In this document: in pieces, positions 45,927-54,488 of the stretch | How positions within the stretch are numbered: position 1 is the stretch's first letter | Layout of the letters: the number at the start of each line of letters is the position of its first letter | Source: a virus | IMG/VR virus record: IMGVR_UViG_3300009164_000039 | Direction: 5' to 3' (one strand) | DNA: 64,000 nucleotides | Position numbers and translations under genes: made by a program | Notes under the pieces: model-generated | What the model saw: the letters and a program-made list of their open reading frames with translations, nothing else | What the model was told of the DNA's origin: nothing | The model's database searches: none

Positions 45927-45955
45927 ATTATAGACGAACAGTCCGGCAAACGCAA
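45927..45955 (-). promoter_or_regulatory. sigma70 promoter for the gp47-gp46-radical SAM operon
   Basis: TTGCGT (45955-45950), 17 bp, TATAAT (45932-45927); ATG 8 nt later. Confidence 0.7.
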
Positions 45956-45968
45956 GAGTCTTGATAGC

Positions 45969-46847
45969 CTATTCTTCGTAACTGCCACCACCGCCACCAC
46001 TACCTTGTGCCTGGCGTGTGTAACTTGGGTTTAGGTTGTTCATTTGCAAAATGTCATCACGTAAGTTTTGATTGCGCTTTTCGATGTTTAGCACACGAGT
46101 AAAGCTGTTAGTGATAGCGGCAGTATAATACGCAAAAGGATTCTGCGATTTTGACTCGTCAAATTGCAATCCAATTTGGCTGAGTTGTAACAAGGCTTGG
46201 CTTCGCATTTCGTCATTGTAGGTGTATCCTCTCCAGTTTGATCTTGTGGCATAACGTTCACACAGTTTCATAAACATCAGTGCCAACTTTTTGGTCATTG
46301 CACCGTGGTCACGACAATATGCACCTGTGTCTGGATCGCCTTTCCAGTGACTGATGCCTGCACACACAAGTTCGCCTTCTTCGTTTAGCTTGTAGTGCTT
46401 GAATGGAGGAAAGTTTACTTTCACATACTTTGCGGCAAGCGGCACACGTACAACAGGTTCATCGTACTCAGTGTCAGCATCTTCTGCTTCATCTAGCAAG
46501 TCCTGCGCATCCTGCTGTTTTTTAGTTTTAACTTCGTCGATAGGAACATGTTCCCATGTCATCACACGAAACACAACATCTGTATCAGCCACGTCCTTGA
46601 GCTTTACTTCAAATTCGTCCAGCTTGTGTTTGGTACCATCTGCTGTTGCAACATCTAGTGCGGCTTTGGCAAGACGTACTGCACGGTCTTTGCGGGCCTG
46701 TAACGTGTTCTTTTTGTTAATCTGCTTGATGTCAGGCAAGATCATGTCAAAATCTGCATCTGCGGGAGTAGTAAACCAACAGTAGGTTGATTTGCTTTTG
46801 TGTATCTCCTTCAGGATGTCTTTGTTATTAAGGTAGTTGTGTTTCAT
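45969..46847 (-). CDS. gp55: late-transcription sigma factor (T4 gp55-like)
   Basis: HNYLNNKDIL and NWRGYTYNDEMRSQALLQ...FDESKSQNPFAYYT motifs. Confidence 0.92.
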   Translation of the reverse strand: MKHNYLNNKDILKEIHKSKSTYCWFTTPADADFDMILPDIKQINKKNTLQARKDRAVRLAKAALDVATADGTKHKLDEFEVKLKDVADTDVVFRVMTWEHVPIDEVKTKKQQDAQDLLDEAEDADTEYDEPVVRVPLAAKYVKVNFPPFKHYKLNEEGELVCAGISHWKGDPDTGAYCRDHGAMTKKLALMFMKLCERYATRSNWRGYTYNDEMRSQALLQLSQIGLQFDESKSQNPFAYYTAAITNSFTRVLNIEKRNQNLRDDILQMNNLNPSYTRQAQGSGGGGGSYEE

Positions 46848-46871
46848 TGGGTATCCTATAAATTACCACTT

Positions 46872-46900
46872 ATTGTAGCGAATAAATACTAAAAGAGCAA
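46872..46900. promoter_or_regulatory. sigma70 promoter of gene 55 (-) with the baseplate late promoter AATAAATA (+, 46881-46888) nested in its spacer
   Basis: TTGCTC (46900-46895), 17 bp, TACAAT (46877-46872). Confidence 0.7.
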
Positions 46901-46914
46901 GAGGAATCTTAAAC

Positions 46915-47889
46915 ATGGCGCTATTAGATGGACAGGGTAATCCTGTTCGATCCGGTGATGGATCAATTGTACAAACAGGGTCGGACATACCAAATGACGG
47001 GCCTGCAGGACCACGTCCGCCACCTCCGAGCTGGGCTGACTTCAAAGAAAAAGCAGGTAGTCTACTTAAAAAAGGTGCTGACCTATTAGATCCTAGCAAA
47101 GCGCGAATGGCCATTGCTGGGTTGCTATCTGGTGGAGCAAACAGCGACGCCACCCGAGATCCGGCAGCAACAAAAGCAGGATTTGCGTCAGGTGGCGGCG
47201 GAACAAACCTAGGATTAGGTATATCAAACGGACAAGTTAGCTTGTCTGAAGACTGGAGAGTGGCCATTAGTTTACCTTCTGGTGCAAGAACATTGTTTTG
47301 GCGTAACGGTGAAAACTCAATCATGAGTCCGTTGGTCACAACAGACGGCGTTATATTTCCATACACGCCAAACATCACAGTAACACATAATGCTCGTTAC
47401 GGCGAAACTAAACTCACACATAGTAATTATTCCGCATTCTTCTACGAGGGATCAGAAGTTCAAGCAATTAGTATTTCTGGCGAATTCACTGTGCAAACAG
47501 AGTGGGAAGGACGTTACCTGTTGGCGGCCATTTACTTTTTTAGATCTGCTACAAAAATGTTCTTTGGTCGAGATATGAATCCAGTAGCAGGTACACCTCC
47601 ACCAATGGTCACACTAGACGGGTACGGAGCACACTACTTTCCAGGAGTTAACTGTGTGATCACAAGTTTTGCACACACCATGCCGGCAGACGTAGACTAT
47701 GTGGAAATTCCAACAGGACTAGAAGGACAAGAGCCAGGCAAAGCCAGCTATGTTACCAGCACAAGATTGCCCACAGTGAGTACTATTGCTATTACCCTAC
47801 AGCCAATCTATAGTAGGAATCAAGTTGCTGACTTTAGTCTTAATGATTTTTCTAGTGGTACCATGCTCAAGCGCGGAGGCTTTATCTAA
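46915..47889 (+). CDS. baseplate tail-tube cap/initiator (T4 gp48/gp54-like) with N-terminal extension
   Basis: GVIFPYTPNI...HSNY...ISISGEF and GTPPPMVTLDGYG tube-like domain; first gene of the baseplate operon. Confidence 0.65.
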   Translation: MALLDGQGNPVRSGDGSIVQTGSDIPNDGPAGPRPPPPSWADFKEKAGSLLKKGADLLDPSKARMAIAGLLSGGANSDATRDPAATKAGFASGGGGTNLGLGISNGQVSLSEDWRVAISLPSGARTLFWRNGENSIMSPLVTTDGVIFPYTPNITVTHNARYGETKLTHSNYSAFFYEGSEVQAISISGEFTVQTEWEGRYLLAAIYFFRSATKMFFGRDMNPVAGTPPPMVTLDGYGAHYFPGVNCVITSFAHTMPADVDYVEIPTGLEGQEPGKASYVTSTRLPTVSTIAITLQPIYSRNQVADFSLNDFSSGTMLKRGGFI

Positions 47890-48191
47890 TGTCAGCAAAC
47901 TATAACAAAACCAGTCCATACTATGGAACAGATAAATTTGGACCTTTCTTGGACATAATGAAATTCCGAGCAATACCAAAACGTCCAGATGATGTGACTT
48001 ACATAATTGACCGGGTGTACAAGTATCGGCCTGATTTATTGGCATATGACTTGTACAACGATACATCACTGTGGTGGGTGTTTGCTGTGCGCAATCCCAA
48101 TGTTCTTAAAGATCCAGTTTTTGATTTTGTGCCAGGCGCAACTATTAGAATTCCTAAAAAAGAAACACTAGCCGAAGCACTGGGGGTCTAA
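47889..48191 (+). CDS. gp53: baseplate wedge protein, LysM-like (T4 gp53-like)
   Basis: YRPDLLAYDLYNDTSLWWVFA...GATIRIP motif. Confidence 0.85.
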   Translation: MSANYNKTSPYYGTDKFGPFLDIMKFRAIPKRPDDVTYIIDRVYKYRPDLLAYDLYNDTSLWWVFAVRNPNVLKDPVFDFVPGATIRIPKKETLAEALGV

Positions 48192-48194
48192 CAC

Positions 48195-51100
48195 ATGGCA
48201 GCGGTCAACAAAACAGACTCGGCAAATGGCGCCAGCATAATTTACGCCTACAACAGCGATACTGTCAAAACAGTTGAAGTTACCGGCCCTGATGGCACAC
48301 TATTGGCCACGGCCAATACCAGCCTGTTGACCGCAGCCGACATTGTCAAAAAACTAAACGTTGAACAAACAAATCAGTTGGGCTTGGCAAAAGAATTCCA
48401 GACAAGCGTAAATCAAATACAACAGCAACTACAAGCCACAGACCTTACTCCTCGACAAAAAACAACATTAGACTATCAGTTGAAACTTGCGCAGGGTGGA
48501 GCCGCCCGTGCTGACGCCAATGCCACTGCCGTTGCAGCCGCCATACAAAGTATACAAGCAAATTTTGATTCTAACTTTGCTGGACTAGAAAAACAACTCA
48601 AAGACAATCCGTCGGCTGAAGACACAGCCGCCAAAGAAGAAGCACAGTCCGACACAGCAGATGCTGATGAAGACGTTGCTGAGGACGACGATAATACAGA
48701 CCCTGAAGATTTGGATGATGACGAAACATCAAACATTGACGATGAAGAAGATGGTGGCCAAGACGGCAACGAATCAGACACAGACTGGGATAGCCCGGGC
48801 CAAGAAGATCCAGACAACGAAGCCAGTGATCTAAACTCAGACGAATCGTCTGCTGAAACTGCTCAACTGCAAGCACAAAACGACGGTACCACTACTGGTG
48901 ATACCACTGCTAAAAAATATCGATTGGTTGACAATCCCTTACACGATTTTGCAAGTTACACATATCAATTGGCTTTGCATGCATTGTCTGACTCAGACTA
49001 CAATAGATTAGTGGACAATGATTCAGGGTGGGTACCAACATCAACCCTGATTGTTAGTGCTGGTCGCAGAGGCGGCGCAGGATCTGGTTTTGAGCGACAA
49101 CCTTTATTTTACGAAGACTTTTATTTCAACGACTTTAAGATGACAACTATTGTGGGATTAAACAATGGTAAAAAATCAACCAATGCAGTTGATATTGCTT
49201 TTTCACTATTTGAACCCACTGGACTCACGCTGATCAATCGATTGGTAGATGTTAGTGCAAGCGCAGGCATTGGCGCTAAAAACTATCTTGAAATGCCATA
49301 CCTGTTGCAAATAGATTTTCATGGCTACACTGACATCGAAGGACAGACTGGAGAAGCAATACAGTTACTCAACGAACGCAAGTACATTCCTATCAGGATA
49401 ACTGAGATGAAAATCAAAGTTGGTGTGAATGGCGCAGAGTATGCATGCAAGGCTATTCCCTTTAACCATCAAGCATTCAACGATACAGTGAGTGCTACTC
49501 CTGCAAACTTTGAGGTAAGTGCAAAAAACCTACAGCAATTTTTTGAAAACACAGTGGCAGACAATGTGGTAAAGCAAAAAGAACGTGAAGAGCAAGACAA
49601 AAAAGAACTAGAACGATTGCAAAGAGCGTCTGCTACTCCAGAACTCACTGCACGTGAATCAGAAGACATTGACAAGAGCATTGCGGCAAAAAAAGAACAG
49701 TTGGCCAAAGACGGCACATACACTGTGACCAGTTATACTGCGGCATACAATGCATGGCAGAAGGCCGCAGCCGAACATCAGAAAGGTAAAAATCAACAGC
49801 AGGTTACCTACAACGAAGTGCGGGTGGTATTTGCAGATGAGATTTTAGCCAACGATGGCGGCACAATGGTTATTTCAGAGGAGCAGTCACCAAAGAAAGT
49901 ACCAATGGCCAATGCGTCAGACCCCAAGCAAGTGCAAGCCGCTAGACGTGCCAATGCTGGCGCAGGTAACTCTGGCCCGGACTTCCAACGAGGTACATTC
50001 AACATGTACATGGGCACCAGCGTGATGGAAGTGATCAACGTTGCCATGCGAAACAGCAAGTTCATTAGAGACCAAGTCAAAGATCCAACCCAGGAAGGCA
50101 ATGACGCACAAAAAATAGCTGACAAGATGGACGAAAACAAACCACTTGTTTGGTGGAAGATTGTGCCACATATCAAGCTCAAAGATTTTGACCCTGACAA
50201 AAACAAGTACAGCAAAATTATCACCTACTATGTGAACACACACGAATACTATAATAGAAAACACCCATATGGTCCACAGGGTTTGCCCAAAGGCTGGGTC
50301 AAGAAGTATAGTTACATGTACACCGGACAAAACAGAGATGTATTAGATTTCAACATTGACTTTGACACCCTGTACTACACTGCAATCAACATTGACCGTG
50401 GCAAGAGCACAGCCACACAAAGCACCAAGCAAGGTGGCAGTCAAGAAGATGAATTGAACAAGCAAGGAGATACCGTTACTCCAAAACCAAACAGTGCATC
50501 TCCGATCATGCGAGAAAACGTTGCAGAACTCCCTGCGGTAACTGGGTCTGGTGATGCCAAGCGCGACAGCAAAACACAAGCAGTGGCCGGCCTTGCCAAC
50601 GACATCTACAGCGGCAGTCGTGGCGACATGATCAACCTCAAGATCAAAATCATCGGCGATCCTACATTTATCAAACAAGATGATATTTTTATTAATCCAG
50701 GGCAAGCACAGTACAATGCCAACATGAAAGACGATCCGGTTGTTACCAAGAACAACAGCATTCGCACAGACACCGGAGAAATACATTGTCTAGTAGAATT
50801 TTACAGCCCCACAGACCTCGACGAAAAAACAGGGCTGTTGACCTACGAAGGGCGTTGGCGCAGAAGTTTGTTCAGCGGAATCTATCGTATACTTACTGTG
50901 GAAAGTACATTCAGCAAAGGTAAATTTGAACAGTCATTGGACATGATACGATTGTTTAATCAACCCGAGTACGATTACGAAATCAAGCGTGACGCAGACA
51001 TGAGCAAAGAGCGACAGCCAGATCAGACCATAGATCAAGGTAACGAACAGAGTGACACTGAACCATTGGCACTGCCTGAAACAGCAGACTATACCGAGTC

Positions 51101-51770
51101 CGATGGCGGCGGTAGCGATGCTGAAGAAGATTTTGACGATCCAAATCAAATTGAAGACGAAGAGCCCAATGACGAACCAGAGTTGTTAAATCCTGAGGAT
51201 GAGGATGAGTACAATGAACTCAATACTGATCTTGAAGATGCAGACGAACAAGATATCGACGACTGGGACGAGGACAATGCAGATGATCCTGAAGATGAAG
51301 AAGCGGTGCTTGACGATGCTGATCAAGAAGAAGCCGGTGGTAGTGACGCAGTTGATGAAACCCTGGCACAGGCCGAGAACTCACTGGCAGAAGTCCAAGC
51401 AAACTTAGATGACACCGCTGAACTACAAGCGCAAGCAAACGCAATGGCAGCAGACCTAACCAGTACAGACCCTGTTGTTCGTCAACGTGCAGCGCAGGCA
51501 TTCTTAGACGGCCCTGCAAGTGCTCTTGCTACTGGAGCTGAAGGAATTGTTACGCTGACGGAAGACTTAATCAGCACAATGAGAACCGCACAGTCTAGTG
51601 CAGAATTCCAAGAAAAAGCAACAGATGACGAAAAAGCCGAAGTTGAAGCGGCAATCACTCAAATGGAAGGTGATCTACCTAAACTTAGACAAGGCGCAAC
51701 TGATGCAAGAGCCGCACTTGTTAAAGCCAAAGCTGAATTGATCGCCAACCCAATTAGCAATCAAGGATAA
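48195..51770 (+). CDS. baseplate hub protein (gp27-like core) with acidic flanks
   Basis: 1191 aa between gp53 and gp5. LHDFASYTY, PYLLQIDF, IIGDPTFI and FSGIYRILTVESTFSKGKFEQSL hub motifs. Confidence 0.6.
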   Translation: MAAVNKTDSANGASIIYAYNSDTVKTVEVTGPDGTLLATANTSLLTAADIVKKLNVEQTNQLGLAKEFQTSVNQIQQQLQATDLTPRQKTTLDYQLKLAQGGAARADANATAVAAAIQSIQANFDSNFAGLEKQLKDNPSAEDTAAKEEAQSDTADADEDVAEDDDNTDPEDLDDDETSNIDDEEDGGQDGNESDTDWDSPGQEDPDNEASDLNSDESSAETAQLQAQNDGTTTGDTTAKKYRLVDNPLHDFASYTYQLALHALSDSDYNRLVDNDSGWVPTSTLIVSAGRRGGAGSGFERQPLFYEDFYFNDFKMTTIVGLNNGKKSTNAVDIAFSLFEPTGLTLINRLVDVSASAGIGAKNYLEMPYLLQIDFHGYTDIEGQTGEAIQLLNERKYIPIRITEMKIKVGVNGAEYACKAIPFNHQAFNDTVSATPANFEVSAKNLQQFFENTVADNVVKQKEREEQDKKELERLQRASATPELTARESEDIDKSIAAKKEQLAKDGTYTVTSYTAAYNAWQKAAAEHQKGKNQQQVTYNEVRVVFADEILANDGGTMVISEEQSPKKVPMANASDPKQVQAARRANAGAGNSGPDFQRGTFNMYMGTSVMEVINVAMRNSKFIRDQVKDPTQEGNDAQKIADKMDENKPLVWWKIVPHIKLKDFDPDKNKYSKIITYYVNTHEYYNRKHPYGPQGLPKGWVKKYSYMYTGQNRDVLDFNIDFDTLYYTAINIDRGKSTATQSTKQGGSQEDELNKQGDTVTPKPNSASPIMRENVAELPAVTGSGDAKRDSKTQAVAGLANDIYSGSRGDMINLKIKIIGDPTFIKQDDIFINPGQAQYNANMKDDPVVTKNNSIRTDTGEIHCLVEFYSPTDLDEKTGLLTYEGRWRRSLFSGIYRILTVESTFSKGKFEQSLDMIRLFNQPEYDYEIKRDADMSKERQPDQTIDQGNEQSDTEPLALPETADYTESDGGGSDAEEDFDDPNQIEDEEPNDEPELLNPEDEDEYNELNTDLEDADEQDIDDWDEDNADDPEDEEAVLDDADQEEAGGSDAVDETLAQAENSLAEVQANLDDTAELQAQANAMAADLTSTDPVVRQRAAQAFLDGPASALATGAEGIVTLTEDLISTMRTAQSSAEFQEKATDDEKAEVEAAITQMEGDLPKLRQGATDARAALVKAKAELIANPISNQG

Positions 51771-51773
51771 TGT

Positions 51774-54044
51774 ATGGCAATTGATAAAAGAACAGGCTCA
51801 CGACCACCCAAGTGGACAGATCGCAACAACAGTCCCGGCATACGATTAGATTCGGGTCCTTACGAAGCTGTGGTCAAAAACAATCTTGATCCCACACGAT
51901 CTGGTAGACTGCAGATATGGATACCTGACATGGGTGGTGATCAGAACAATCCCTTAAACTGGCGCACAGTAAACTATGCCAGTCCTTACATGGGTGTGAC
52001 CAATCAGCCTACTGGGGAGAAAAATGTAAACAATGCCTACGAGAACACTCGCAACACCTACGGGTTCTGGGCAGTGCCACCTGACATTGGTAACACAGTA
52101 TTGTGTACATTCATTGCAGGCGATCCTGATCGTGGCTACTGGTTTGCTTGTGTGCTAAACAACCTTAGTCATGGCATGATTCCAGCCAATGGTGGCAGTC
52201 AGATATTTGACAAGAGCTTGATCAAAGACGAAGAGCTTAAAAAAGCAGTGACTGATCAATCAGTCATGCCACTGAGTGAGTTCAATGAAAACGACAAGAA
52301 AAACATCAACAGCGATTTTTATTATACCAAGCGTCCAATACACGAGTTCCAGGCCAAAATTTTAGTTAATCAAGGACTAGATAGAGATCCTATTCGTGGC
52401 GCAATTGGTAGCTCTAGCATGCGAGATATTCCTAGTCAAGTTGTGGGTATCAGCACACCGGGCCGCCCTTTTGACAAAGATCCGGTCGACGATCCCAACT
52501 ACGCAACCAAGATAAATGAAGGCAAGATCAAAGAAGAAGACTATGCAGTGCGTGTGCGCAAAGGTGGACACAGTATAGTCATGGACGATGGCGAGCCAAA
52601 CGAAACTGGTGCAAATCAGCTCATGCGTTTCCGTACAGCCGCTGGTCACCAGATATTGATGAACGACACCGACCGTGTGATTTACATTGCCAACAGTGAT
52701 GGGTCTGCATACGTAGAACTAGCTGGATCGGGGCATGTTCACTTGTTTGCCGGCCGTGGACTCAACATTAGATCAGTGGGAGACATAAATCTGCACACTG
52801 ACACGTCAATGAATATAAATGTGGGCAAAGATTTTAATCTTTCTGTTGCTGGTAAAATCAACATAGAAAGCAATGAGCTCAATCAAACCAGCGTAGGTGC
52901 TAGTACATTGTTTGGTGCAACTTATAATATTGGTAGCACAGGCGGCATCAATGTACAAAGCAGTGCTGGAACAAATATCACTGCCGGTGGCGACATACGT
53001 CAACAAGGTAGTAAAGTTTATCTCAACTCTGGCGCAGGGCAAGGTGTCACTGCGCCCAAAGCTATTCCCAAACTCACACATGATAACGTGGAGCCAGATT
53101 CAAGACTTGGTGGCCGCTATGAGATCAAAGCTGGCAAAATAACAAGTATTGTGGGCATTGCACCCACACATGAACCTTGGGCACGTGGCGCAGGCACTCC
53201 ACAGTCTGGTGGTGCTACTGCCACTCCTGCTGCCACCGCTGCTGCCACACAAGCCGCTGCCGCTGGTACTACCACTGGTAAACAAAGTGTTAACGATTTA
53301 CCACCTCCGGTGGGCAATGTTACCGCAGCCGCAGAGTGCGTGACTAAAAACGTGGTAACAACCGGCTCAGGTGGCAAATTAACAGACGGTCAAGGCAAGC
53401 CAGTCACAACTGGCAGTGGTGGACTGGATCCTGGTCCAGCTGCCGCACAAGGCAAAGCTGTACAGAAGGCAGCACCGCGTAGTTATCTCACACGTACAGA
53501 CAATCCAAGTCCCCCAGGCGGCGTTGGTCCATTGAGCCAGTATCAGGTAAAATGCATAATGACAGCCATGGGCTATACAGAAAGTAACTTTAACTATGCT
53601 ATTAGCAACACCATTGGCTATGTGGGCAAGTATCAATTTGGCGCTGCCGCACTGGTAGAAACCAAGTTCCTTAAACGTGATTACTATACTAACCAAGCTG
53701 GTAATAAAAATGGCTGTTGTAAGGTACAGCAAGCATGGACAGGACGATCTGGTTGCAACTCGCTAGACGACTGGTTCAAGAACCCAGGCGCTCAAGAACA
53801 AGCAATGTTTGAATTGATCACAATGAACTACAAGCAAATGGTCGGTGCCAAAGCAATCAAACCCGATGATGACTTGTGTACCATTGCTGGAATGATCTGT
53901 GTGGCACAATTATTGGGTGGTGCAGGTGCTAGAAAATGGCGGTCAACTGCCGCAGGCGCAGATGCATACGGCAGCACAGGTGAAAAGTATTTCAATATTG
54001 GACGCTATGCCATTGACGTTTTAGCTAATCCTAATGCCAAATAA
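51774..54044 (+). CDS. gp5: baseplate central spike (T4 gp5-like) with C-terminal lysozyme-like domain
   Basis: OB-fold DPTRSGRLQIWIP...GFWAVPPDIGNTVL; GGHSIVMDD / RTAAGHQI beta-helix; C-terminal TES...GKYQFG. Confidence 0.85.
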   Translation: MAIDKRTGSRPPKWTDRNNSPGIRLDSGPYEAVVKNNLDPTRSGRLQIWIPDMGGDQNNPLNWRTVNYASPYMGVTNQPTGEKNVNNAYENTRNTYGFWAVPPDIGNTVLCTFIAGDPDRGYWFACVLNNLSHGMIPANGGSQIFDKSLIKDEELKKAVTDQSVMPLSEFNENDKKNINSDFYYTKRPIHEFQAKILVNQGLDRDPIRGAIGSSSMRDIPSQVVGISTPGRPFDKDPVDDPNYATKINEGKIKEEDYAVRVRKGGHSIVMDDGEPNETGANQLMRFRTAAGHQILMNDTDRVIYIANSDGSAYVELAGSGHVHLFAGRGLNIRSVGDINLHTDTSMNINVGKDFNLSVAGKINIESNELNQTSVGASTLFGATYNIGSTGGINVQSSAGTNITAGGDIRQQGSKVYLNSGAGQGVTAPKAIPKLTHDNVEPDSRLGGRYEIKAGKITSIVGIAPTHEPWARGAGTPQSGGATATPAATAAATQAAAAGTTTGKQSVNDLPPPVGNVTAAAECVTKNVVTTGSGGKLTDGQGKPVTTGSGGLDPGPAAAQGKAVQKAAPRSYLTRTDNPSPPGGVGPLSQYQVKCIMTAMGYTESNFNYAISNTIGYVGKYQFGAAALVETKFLKRDYYTNQAGNKNGCCKVQQAWTGRSGCNSLDDWFKNPGAQEQAMFELITMNYKQMVGAKAIKPDDDLCTIAGMICVAQLLGGAGARKWRSTAAGADAYGSTGEKYFNIGRYAIDVLANPNAK

Positions 54045-54047
54045 ATA
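54040..54047 (+). promoter_or_regulatory. late promoter AATAAATA, 5 nt before the gp25 ATG
   Basis: Overlaps the gp5 stop codon; a second AATAAATA at 54460-54467 precedes gp6. Confidence 0.7.
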
Positions 54048-54052
54048 CTATT

Positions 54053-54439
54053 ATGGCTAAAAATATATATCGCGGATTCAGCACACACAATCGTCGAAAC
54101 AACTTTCAAGTGAGCGACTATGACCTGGTACGCCAGGATCTATTCAATCACTTTAATATCCGTAAAGGTGAAAAACTCATGAACCCAAATTTTGGAACTA
54201 TTATTTGGAACATGCTGTTTGACCCTCTTACCACAGAAACAAAGAAGATTATGATTGACGATGTACGGCGTATTGTAAACTACGATCCTAGGATCGCAGT
54301 ACAAAACGTGATATTGAACGAATTTGATCGCGGACTACAAATTGAAATAGAACTAACCTATCTTACCACCAATCAGACTGACAGACTAAGTATGAATTTT
54401 GATAGAGATAGCATGAAACTGACCCGATCATCACAATAA
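54053..54439 (+). CDS. gp25: baseplate wedge subunit (T4 gp25-like)
   Basis: KGEKLMNPNFGTII...YDPRI motif. Confidence 0.92.
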   Translation: MAKNIYRGFSTHNRRNNFQVSDYDLVRQDLFNHFNIRKGEKLMNPNFGTIIWNMLFDPLTTETKKIMIDDVRRIVNYDPRIAVQNVILNEFDRGLQIEIELTYLTTNQTDRLSMNFDRDSMKLTRSSQ

Positions 54440-54488
54440 AATACCGTTATTATTGTGCCAATAAATACGATAACAGGGCAAAAAATAC

